From NCBI GenBank assembly GCA_907165135.1, contig OU015569.1:7192001-7256000 (forward strand): a DNA stretch of 64,000 nucleotides, written 5' to 3'. The position numbers and the translations under genes are program-made. The notes under the pieces were generated by a model. That model was not told the DNA's origin. It made no database searches and saw nothing but the letters and a program-made list of their open reading frames with translations. This stretch comes from Oikopleura dioica (Eukaryota; Animalia; Chordata). Every line of letters starts with the position of its first letter. Within the stretch, counting starts at the first letter, position 1. Below, one piece after another: positions 46,582 to 57,694 of this stretch.

Positions 46582-49500
46582 GAGCTTGACACTGAAAAAA
46601 AATATTTACATTTTTTTAACAAAATTGATTTTAATAAAGATTTATTTCATTTTCGATTAAACTCTCATTCCGCTATATTTTTATCCGCTATACTTCAGCA
46701 TTCGTCTTCGATAGATGTCTTTTCTCATTTGATCGAAGAACTTCTCGTAGTCATCTTTGCTAAAAGCCCGTCGCTCTACCCGTAATTCCTGGGTTCCCAA
46801 CGCAGACGGACTTATTAGCGAATCTTTTGTTGTCCACGAATCGTGCTGGATCGCAGAACCTTTGACCGATCATTAATATCAAGGGTGATATTTATTATCA
46901 GTATTTAGACAGTAGTAGCCAGCATTTCCCTGCCATAGTAACGAACTTAATCAGAATATCTTGCTCCGATTAATAGCATTACTGTTCAAATAGCGATATT
47001 ATCGATAATTCCTCGTTTCCTGTTGATATATGTTTAATTCATTCTCTAGTTAAAGCATACGTTTTGAGTCTGACTGATAGACTCCAACACCAGAAAATAA
47101 TTTGAAATTAATGACCGTCCCTGCTAAGCCCAAAGTGAAAAGCACTACCAAAAAGATCATTTTATCGCATCAATTCTTTGATTCTATCTTTTAGTAAGCT
47201 TAATACCTGGACCGTCTAATTTATATAAAAGGAATTGAATAATTGAGGCGGCCTGGAGGCCTGGAGGTCAATTAATTATTTGACACAAGATTTAACCGTT
47301 TTTACTTAATCTGGCAAATCGATTACTGTCCATATAAAAGAAGGGAATCGTATTTGATGGCGCAGAATGTGTGCTCGGTCTGAGCAATAAAATTTAACGA
47401 CTTAACTCTGGCGTGAAAATTTCAGAACAAACAGGGCATCCAACTCAATTCGAAATCATTGCGGGGTTTATCTGAAAAGATGACAAACCATTTCACAAAG
47501 AAAACATGGCAGTATCGGTGTGCCAAAGTGTTTGGGCAGGCTTTGCTGTATCCAAAACGTGGCTGTTTGCATGGTGCTCCAGGCTGACTATAGCAACACA
47601 CGCTTCTACCCTGACCACACACGGGACTCACCACCAGCAGGGACTTGCTATTTTCCCATCGACCATCGAAGAAAGCACGCGTTTCTCTGAGCAGAATTTT
47701 TTTTCTGATAGAGGACCAGAAGATGGCGTCCACTATTTTTATGGGCAATGGAGGGGGAGGCGGAGATGTCGAGAAAGCGCTGCGAAAAATAGTGAAAGAC
47801 GAAGTTCGTAAAGAGCAGCTCAAATACGGTAATAATAATTGCTGATTTTTAGATAACTTCTGAATGGCAGGAAACAGTGATTTTCCTTCCCTCATTTTCA
47901 TTTTTATTTAATCAGCATGGGAACGTCGCCTACTAAAATTTCCCACTTATAAATTGTCAAGTAGTTCTTTAATGACTCTCTAAGAGAAAGTTTCTAGGAA
48001 ATCGGCTCTAAGTAAGGCCATTTAGATCTCCTGGCACAGGAAAGAGAAGCGGAACACACCAAACAACTTCAAGATCTGGAAGAAAAACTTTTGAAACAGT
48101 CAGAGATCAAACAAGCTGAACTAGGCTCGGAATAATCATATTACTAAATTAGAAGTACTAATAATATTATAAAGGTAATAATTGTGGCGAATCTAACTCT
48201 AACTTTTGCCCAAAAAGAGGAAATATGTAGGAAATTGGTTACTTTTGCTGAGTACTTTGTAAATAACAAACTCATTGAAGTAGCGGTCAAAAAATGTATT
48301 TACAGTAGTTATTCCAAACAACAGAGCTCGAACTCAAAAAACAGGCGACCAAGAATGAAAAAGCCTTGCAGGAACAGAAAGCGCTCCAAGAAGCACAAAA
48401 ATACAGCCATCGAGCGGCCAGGGGAGTTCCGAAATAGCTCAATTATTAAGTACCTCAACTCTTAATTTCTAAAACATATTCGCTTAACTCTTAAAAAAGC
48501 TCTCGTTCATACAATAACGCACCTTACAATGGATACCAACAGTCGGGGCAAGTAAATCTTTTGAAAATGCCAGGTAATGTCTATGTGCCCCTCGAGCCTG
48601 TTCATTCATCCAAAGATCACGGAAGAAGTTGTAAGATTTTGACAAGAGACCAAATTTGCTTGATTTTTCTATTTAGACACGCCGAGAAGCTCCTCTGGAA
48701 AGGAATAGGGTTCGTTTTGGCTGGCTTTGAAAATGGCTTTCTTCTGAGAATTTTCGCCACCCAATCATTTATAATTACAAATAATTGTATTTAACTTTCA
48801 GAGGATAGCGCTCAATGAGTCAATAAAAATGTAGACGATAAATAAGCGTATCTGACAAGTTCTAAATACGATATTGTCTCATATCCGACCAAGATCTTCC
48901 AGCCAGGGACAATGAAAACCCCACGATATAGTACGGAAGTAATGATTTGGAGTCAAAGATTCGCGAAATTGAACGGAAGCACAAAGTTATCAAGGAAAAG
49001 CTTCAAATTTCAGGTATTTGTGTTCTTTTATAACTAAAGCGGCATTACTAGGAAATCAACTGGCACAGACGAAGTCTGGAGAGTATCACGTGGTTTCTAC
49101 GCCCAACACTCGAAGGTACAATAGGAGCTCAAGATCCACTCGATCCGCACCTCATGATTACTACGACTTAACCTACAGACTAAGCCAGAACAGCCAAAGG
49201 TTTTCCGCTCAACACGCCTCGAATAGTATAGCATATCCTAATCACTGTCGATGTTTCTAGTAGCAATGCACTCGTAGTTAGGAATTATTGAACTCCGAGG
49301 AAAGTTTCTTTATTTTCCATGGATGCGTACGTTGGGGTGCGCATACAGCCGAATTCGCTGTCACTAGTCTTGACTCACTTCTGATCTTATGTTTGTGACA
49401 TACAATTTGTTAACTTTGCCAAAGACTCTTGACTTCATAAGTTGAGCACTGTTAGTCTCTCAGCAGCGGCGCGGTTTTAAAGGCCCTGTCAAGCAAGATT

Positions 49501-49649
49501 TTCCCACAATCAGAACTTTTAAGTGCTCTTTTAGTCTACAGATGATGTCTCCTAAGAGAGTATGTTTGTTCCCAAATTGTATGCGTTTGTTGAAAGGCAT
49601 GATCCGCACATCTGATTTTTTGATGCAATTAACTGATTTTTAAACGTTT

Positions 49650-50288
49650 TTGATTAGGATGGAAGATCTCATTCAAAAAATGAGGGATGCAGACATAAAA
49701 GGACAGACAGATTTGACCAACCACCAGAAGAATTATTTGGAAAAGCTAGACGGAAAGGCTCTAAGATTTTCGCCAAACTTTGGTGGCTCCTTTTTAAAGA
49801 CATCAGTAAGGAGCCTTGCTAGAACTCCTGAAAAATGCTCGGGCATCTGCGATACTGAAGCAAAACCCTCAATTCGTACAGCAACAGCCGATCCCGCAAC
49901 AACAGATCCCGATGCAAAATCCTCAAGTTTTCCAACTCCCGCATTGATTTTGACACGCTCTCGGCCGTTGATTAAACAAACTTCAATAATTTGTATTTCT
50001 GAAAGTATATTTTTAATAAATCTCAGAAAAGACGGCGTCCATTTGATGAGGTATCTTGGGCAACGGGAAGCAGAACCGATTATTAGCTCTCAGATAGGGT
50101 CTAAATTGCCGCAGCAAAGCAACCGAAAGGGCAACTCGATGGAACCCAAGCGAACAGTAATAACTCGGTCACTTACCAGTTCACAAGAATCCTCCAGCAG
50201 TCGAGTTGATGTCGTAGCGGTTAAAAATTTCACTACAGAAAAATTATTCAATCGTATCAATTGCTCAAAGGGGTATTTTTACCCCTAA
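49650..50288 (+). CDS. Uncharacterised ORF (exons of an unknown gene)
   Basis: 212-aa open frame that probably reads through a short intron; S/T/P-rich; no domain recognised. Confidence 0.3.
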   Translation: MIRMEDLIQKMRDADIKGQTDLTNHQKNYLEKLDGKALRFSPNFGGSFLKTSVRSLARTPEKCSGICDTEAKPSIRTATADPATTDPDAKSSSFPTPALILTRSRPLIKQTSIICISESIFLINLRKDGVHLMRYLGQREAEPIISSQIGSKLPQQSNRKGNSMEPKRTVITRSLTSSQESSSSRVDVVAVKNFTTEKLFNRINCSKGYFYP

Positions 50289-51216
50289 AAATGGCATTAG
50301 TTCTAAAACAAAGAGCCCCCTTAAAAGTGCGATTGGCTTATAAAAGAAACGTGGTTTTTATTATGACATTCTTGTTTTATCATTTAAAAATTGCAATCTA
50401 TTCTTGTCGCCCACTAAACGATAGACGCAAATTGAAGAGGAAATGGGCGATAAGGCCCTTGACGAAAGGCCGCGCTCACTCAGGGGGCGCGCGCGAGTCC
50501 GAAGACTCCCGGTCAATCGGTAAAAAATGAGGAGCACTACTTCAGTGTTTCAAAATCTGTCAAGCAAGGCAGCTAAGAGTCAATCCAAAAACCAGTTTCG
50601 AGATCCAAGAGACGTCAGAGAGATCTTTACGAAAAGGTAACTTCGAAATTTATATTCAACTGCACCCTAGCTAGCTCTATTTCTTTTTTTTATTGTCAAA
50701 TAGTCTCGCTAGAGTAAGCAATCAAAATAAAAAGCAAAACTGTTCATTATTGACAAAATTAAGCTGTTACAAGTATATGACTAATTGACAGTGGCATCTT
50801 GAAGTTAAGTCAGCGGACAGCCCGTCAGATTTGGTTGATTCGGTGGCATTGTCCGCCAAATATTTAGAAACAATATTACATGCTGTTGATTAGAAGCACG
50901 TTTTGCGATGCAAAATAATTTATCCAGAAAAATTAAATTAGTCTAAGAATCGACAGAAAACTTTCTTTACATAATCGATGAAAACGAGTTTATCGTTGAT
51001 GATATTCGTTCAGAAAAAAAAATGATTGAATGGTTATTATTTCTTGTGATTACTTTCTTGCAATACCTGACAATATCAGGCTAACATAGGATTGACCTTT
51101 TCATGCGGTCTTTAGACAGGATCATCTCAGTTTACCGTACTTAATTTGGGTTTGTGTTTTCTGCGGTTTCATTTCCTGAAGTCTAAATAGCTTCCGACCT
51201 CATCTCAGTTTAGGAA

Positions 51217-54200
51217 ATGCGGTTGCATATCTCGATTCTCGTATGCCTTCTGATGGCTGTGGTCGCTTCCGAAAAGAGCATTTTGGAAAAAAAGGACTGT
51301 GGGTTAAAATTATCAAAACAAAGCATGAGCATTTCTATTACTCTGATAACCGTTTCTATCCCATTACAAGAAAGCAAGAAAGGATGCACGAATAAAGAGC
51401 CGCTGGAGTAAGAGCAAATCGCTCAATACTTCAAAACCAGCACCGATTCTTGCGCAGAAACCAAATTTTGGAGCAAACTTCAATAGATTCAGGGAGGATC
51501 TCAACTCTGGAAAATTCAGCCTCAAGGCTGGTGCACTCAAAAAGCAACCACTGAAAAAACAGCCAGTCCCTAAAAAACAACCACTCGCCAAAACGACCTT
51601 GTTGAAGAAAGGCAAACCAATTGACGATTTGCCATCCAAACCGATCTCATTCAAAGCTGTGAAGCCGCAATTTACAGCGAAACTAAAATCTGCTCGACCT
51701 GGCCAATCTGTACATTCCGACTGGGCTGCTAGGTGAGCAATTGAATGTTTTGAAATTCTCAATATTTCCGAAAATATATATTGGGAATTTATTTGAACCG
51801 GTGTGTGTTTTTTATTAATGCATGACATCAAGTGAACGCGAGGCTAACTCCCATATCAACGAATATGGTGACATGCATGTTATTGTTAAACGCGGTGCAC
51901 GAAAATCAAGAAAAGAAAAGGCTGCTCGAAACAGACGCCAAGAGAAAAGCAAAGCGGGAAAAATACAACTAACTTGGGACGACTTTAATTTCTTCGGTTT
52001 CCATCCGCGTGGAACTAGCAAGGAAAGGACATTTTACTAAATCATAAAAACAGCGCTTTAACCTCTTTTAACAAAAACACTTATTTCTCTTTTTTCTATC
52101 CTCAAACAGAGCTCAACCTCAACGAAACTCGAAAGCAGTACAACTGCTGCGCCCTCTGCTACATCATTGACAGCAAAACAGCAAAGTGGAAGAATACCTA
52201 TGATGAACTTCATGAGCATGATGAGACGACCGACTGTAATCTCAAAAGAAGAATCAATACTAATAACAGTATCGCCAGAAATAACACGTAGAAAGAAGAA
52301 AACAACTACTGTAGCAGCTAACACATCAAGACTAAGAAGTCAGTCTACAAGTAAACAATTGAAAAAGAGTATGGCTACGACCACAACTAGCACAACTAGC
52401 ATGGGAACAACATCAACAACAATAACTACCACAACAACAACAACAATTTCAACAACGATCACTACAATTACTCCAACAACGACCACGACTACCACATCGA
52501 CTACCAGAACAACTACCACAACTTCAACTTCAACTTCAAAAACTATCACTACAACCACTACGTCAACGACGACGACTACTACATCGACTACCAGAACGAC
52601 TACCACAACGACTACCACAACCTCAACCTCAAAAACGACATCGACAACAACTAATAAAAAGCTGACTACGTCTACCTTCTCAAACATCAGTAGGACAATA
52701 AAGAGATCGAGAACGACACCAAAACCAAGCAAGCTATCAAAAGTAACATCAACGATAGCAACTACGAGTCATTCCACCCGAAATCGAAGAAAACGGCCAG
52801 ATAGCAGCACTAAAACGCCAAAACGGTCAAAGAATGAAAACGTGCAGGTTATAAAGGTGGAGCCATCATCAAAACCGTCTGTATTCAGCGCAGGACGTTC
52901 AATGTTTTCATCGTTTTTCTCAATGTCGTCCTTCGGGAGATTCAAACCAGATATTGCTGAAACCCCAGCAGAAATTAAAACAACAACAAGTGAATCAACA
53001 CTAGCGAGTAAATCAGGGACGACGATTAAGTTAACAGAAACAACAAAATCAACTTCAATTTCCCAAACTACCTCAACTAAGATTGCAGACATAGAAATTG
53101 ACGATGGAGTTTTCGAAACAACGACCCAGTCAATTGAATCAGTCATTCTCCGAATCCCACAAAAACAACTCAAGCTCAATCGGTTTCCTAAAATTTTATA
53201 TTTTAGAGTGGTGTCGTTTATCATAACGTCGCCCTATTGCTTTATTTGTATTCTTACTTTAGGCTCGGGAATGGACAAGTTTCTTCTAACCTCATAAGCC
53301 GTACAAAGGGCTTTGGAAACGTTTTTGGCAAATCTATGGCAACAGATGGTGGAAATAGATTCAGGAATATTCAAGCGCAACCTCCGCTAAAAATAGGCCA
53401 AGTTACTGGAGCTCCTTCATGGGCGCAACGAGCGTCGCGCATTGCTACAACTCGGCGGGTATGTATTTATTTCAGCAATTTAGATAAACCACTGGCTAAC
53501 CAAAATGACCACATGGTATCCGCAACTATCGTTGCTCACACATCCCGTTGAATCCTTGAGATTAAAGAAGCTTAAACATTTTACTTTCTAGACGACAACA
53601 ACTACTGCCTACAATATGTGCTTGAATGGAGGTACGTATCATTTAGGACTTGGCTGCCTCTGCGTTGGAAACTTTGGTGGAGATTTCTGTGACGAATGCT
53701 TGCCAGATTGGATTGGAAGCAATTGTGATACACCAAAAGAAGATATTTGCTCGTATGTATTGTTGCACGTCGCTTTCCATTGATGATGCGTTTATGATTG
53801 ACCTCCTTTTAGAATAAAAGGACCTGAAGTCGACTGTTCCTCAAAGTGGATTTTTAACTTGACACTATTGCACTTGCCTGAGTCTACTCAAAAACTGGAC
53901 ATGGCTTACAATGGTCTCATTAAATCTGGCGCATTCAGACGAAAAATTTCCACTCTCACAAAACTAGATGATATCTGCCTTAGAGGCAATTATATTGCTC
54001 GCTTTCCTTTCAAAATGTTCGACAATCAGGTAGATTTGGAACATAATTTTCTTCAAATCATTATCATCTTAGCCGAGCCTTAAAAAACTCGACATTTCTT
54101 CGAACTTCGTTTTTGCCCTTCCGCCAGATATGTTTGAGAAGTCAGCCGAGCTTTTTGACATTTGCTTCCGACATAATAATATCAAGGTAAAGATGATTTT

Positions 54201-54552
54201 TGAAAAAGAATTACGATTTTTAAGACCCTTTCAAAAACTATCTTCGAGAAGAATTATAAGCTCAGCATAGTCGACATGTCAAACAATAACTTATCCGGCA
54301 TCTGTAAAGGAATTTTTGCCTTCCAAGTGAGCTCTATTTTGAAAGTCATTATCTATATATGAAATTTAGCAACAATTGCAGTTTGTCGCCTTCAATAAAA
54401 ATGAGGAGCTCCCTAAGCCATTGAACAAATGGTTCGGCGAATGCCCTTATTCGAGAGAAGAGTGCGATGCGAATTTCCCCAGTGATCAGTATGGCGGTCC
54501 GCTAGTCAATCTCAGAAGACGTATTGGTGCTTTCGGCGAGAACTGCGAGTAA
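51217..54552 (+). CDS. Secreted protein: signal peptide, Lys/Pro-rich region, Thr-rich mucin stalk, EGF-like domain, leucine-rich repeats
   Basis: MRLHISILVCLLMAVVA signal; poly-Thr tract at about 52370-52660; CLNGGTYHLGLGCLCVGNFGGDFCDECLPDWIGSNC; VDCSSK...LPESTQKLDMAYNGL, LDDICLRGNYI, LKKLDISSNFV, LFDICFRHNNI, LSIVDMSNNNL, LQFVAFNKN; ends GENCE* at 54552 with no TM helix. Confidence 0.8.
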
Positions 54553-54870
54553 TTCGCTTCTTGCTTGATTTTTTACTTATTGAGGTGCAACGAAAGGTGC
54601 AAATCAGCTCACAAACACCCTCTGTACATATTTTTGGAGAAACTTGAAAGTACACCTCTCAACAGAGAATCCGACCCTTGCAAATAAAAGTAACGAATCT
54701 CTCTTTCTACAGCGGAATATTTATTTGTATAATCATTTTTGTGTTCAGCAAAGATAATTTATCAATCACTTAGGCAGTGCTCTGTGAAATATCATCGTCA
54801 GACTTCGTTGCTCAGAAATTTTCGCTGTATTCTGAAGTAATTTTTGAATAAGCTTGACACCGTTAATGGA

Positions 54871-57071
54871 TTACCTCGCGTGACGATTATTGATGTCTCC
54901 AAGTAAACGCTGTCCTCGAGGGATCCAGGTCTGAACCGGAGCGCAGCTTAGAGGATCATCGTACATTTTCAGCAAAGCTTGCTGGAAATGGAAATGAAAG
55001 AGGACCCAGTTACGGAAAGTCTCCGTCATTCTTGCTGCTGCATGAGCTTCTTTCCATCCCTAGACAATTTTTAATAATTCTGCAAATTCTGGCATTAAAG
55101 TTCGTTTTACGAACTCACATCATGCACGAGAAACGCATTGTTTAGGACACTGAATCTATAGCCAGCAACATGTAGCTCACAAATCTGCTCGATTCGATCG
55201 AAGCCATATTGTTTAAACCGTTCGTCGAATAACGGCACGCTCCGACGAGCAATGTAGAAAGGTTCCCAGCTCTTTAAATTGGTTTCACTTTGATAATTTA
55301 GGCTAGGGTTAGGGTTCGCGTTTGTCAAGGGTTTAGCGTTAGAGTTAGGCGGATGCGAGACCAAGCTTATTCCAAGTTGCATTAAAAGCAACTTCCATCC
55401 GGTCATTCTTCGGTTTCATAAGCCAATTATCATGATCTTCTGGTTCGTGACACCACCGGCATGTTGCATTATGAAATGGTCGGACTTCCTTCCGTGTCAT
55501 TTGAGCCTCCTTCAACTCGGCTTTATCGTCTGGGCATTGATGTCCCTTCAATATTTCAAAAACGGGAACAACAAAGACTGCTTTCTCTGTTTTCTCCTCA
55601 TACAATCTTTAAAGGTTCAGAAATAGACCAACATATTAAAGTTTAGCCAGCAACTGCATCATTAATGTAATTGGCCGGTTCAATTTGAACCCTTGGCTAT
55701 ACTGTTTGGCGAATTGGTTAAAACCTTCTCGCATGTGTAAGCTCGGCATAACGTCAACATCGATGAGGAAAACGAACTCTGTAGCCGCGCCTTTCCGTGC
55801 AGCGTTTCGCAGTACATTGTGAGGATAGGGGATGTCTCCTTTGTAGTTTTGACTGAAGAGAACTTTATTAGATATGGTTCCAAGATTAAAGATGAAATTC
55901 AACAGATTTAATCAGAAAAGATATTATCCGGGGTATTCATGAGGATCCACCAAAGTGCACTCTTTCAAAATAATCTCATTATTTATCCCATGATTAAACG
56001 ATAAATTATCGAAGACTATTTCCTATAACTGCCAATTCTAGCGCTATTTTCGGCATCCGTCGAAAAGCTACAGGCATTTGTGATAATTTCTCTGCCAAGC
56101 ACTCGTCGAAACTGTGGCTAGACACAAGTTGTGTCAATAATGCGAAATAAGAAAAATTCATGTTATTATATCAAGCGTAATCAGAGTGCATAAAATGACG
56201 GCTAGGTTAAGTATCAGCCTCGTATTAATAATTCAATTTTTCTGAGTAAATAATTGAACTATTTTACCTGTCGTCGCCACCATAGTCGTGAATGATTTGA
56301 CGCAGCTCTTCGCAAGAGCTGTATTCGAGAGAACCTGAACTTTACTCTCGCGTCTCAAGTGGATTTTTAAGTACAATTATTAATCCAAAGTAAACTGCTG
56401 CCGCATTCAAAGAGTTTCGGTCGACTGAGTTCGAGTTTATACTTAGGGGCTTGATTTGTACGCGATTTCCTTTCTGAAAGATCCGCTTTGTGCTCCGTTG
56501 GGTAGACTAGGTGAAAAGTAACTCGCTTTTTCATGTCAGGCCAGCATTTTTGCATTGAGAGGATTGCATCAGTGGCAAAGGAAGCTTCCAAATTAGGAGC
56601 AAAGACAGCAACGCTTATCGGCCCGGACCAGCGTTCCCAAAGCTTGACCACATGGTGAAGATGATTAGCCGAACATTGCGTTGCCACAGTCACGTCATTG
56701 TATTCCCAATTGCTAAAGTATCCTGGGTCTGTATAGAACATTCGAATCATGTATTCTCCAGAAAAATTAGGAAGAACTCCACTTGGAGTAAGTGCCTTTT
56801 CGACGGCAACATTTCGTGTTCGCTTATAGTGAGATGATTTAAAATCATTGATTTTGGCTTGTTCTAGCAACGATGGTTATCTTGGATCAAAGTTCATCCA
56901 TTCCTGAAGCTTCTGCTTTTCATAGAAAAAGGAGAATGTAAGCAATGCACCGATGAAGAACATGATTTTGCAAAGATAGCATCCTCTGGACTCCTTCTGG
57001 GTCTCTAAAAGCTCTCGCTCTCGTTCTTTCTCTTTTACCGCGTCCGGCGGAGGTGGATCAAAGATGCCCAT
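54871..57071 (-). CDS. B4GAT1: Beta-1,4-glucuronyltransferase 1 (GT49), type II membrane
   Basis: N-terminal TM helix; [31 protein letters not shown]...[10 protein letters not shown] (DxD), [20 protein letters not shown]...[39 protein letters not shown]. Single catalytic domain, unlike LARGE. Confidence 0.9.
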
Positions 57072-57694
57072 TTGAGGATTTTACATAATTATATCCTGGA
57101 CCGAGAAATTTTCCGGGATGAAGAATTGTGAATGGTGCTATTCTGGAGCTAGCACCACCGCCCCCGGCCAAACCGATGCGCAGAAAGTGATAATCACAAT
57201 TCTACTATAGTAAATATGATAAATAAAAGCATCTCCTTCAGCGACCTTCAGGCCTAGATTCTAGACTCTAGAACAAAAACGGGGCTGGTTTACTTAACGA
57301 TAGCAGAATGAGACCGTAAAGAATTATGTGCCTCTTGTCTTACCACATCGATAAGCAATTGTAAAAACTCAAAATATTGTTATTACTATCATTACTTATT
57401 GAAGATATTGGTCCAACATTATTAGATTCGTCAGGTTGGATTTTGCTCAGCATCTTTTGACATTCATTATTCGAGCATAGATTTAAAGTACTTGGCGAGA
57501 GATTGATAAATGGTGTTGGCAGCTTCCTGAGCGGTATTCGCGCTTTCCCGGCGCAGCTGGATCGTAACTTTTAATAATCAATTCAGTTTTATACGATTTG
57601 GATAAATACATTGCGCCTAATACGAGCAACTCAGAGAGATAAAATCGGTAAGAGAGGCGAGTTATATTCAAATCTAACTTTGTTCGCTAGGTTC

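Noticed and set aside
48184-49260. Coding region
   Set aside because: Protein-like stretches are interrupted by multiple stops in every frame; neither a gene nor a parent for a pseudogene could be supported
52340-52732. Val-rich antisense ORF that looks like a membrane protein
   Set aside because: Reverse complement of the ACN-rich Thr tract
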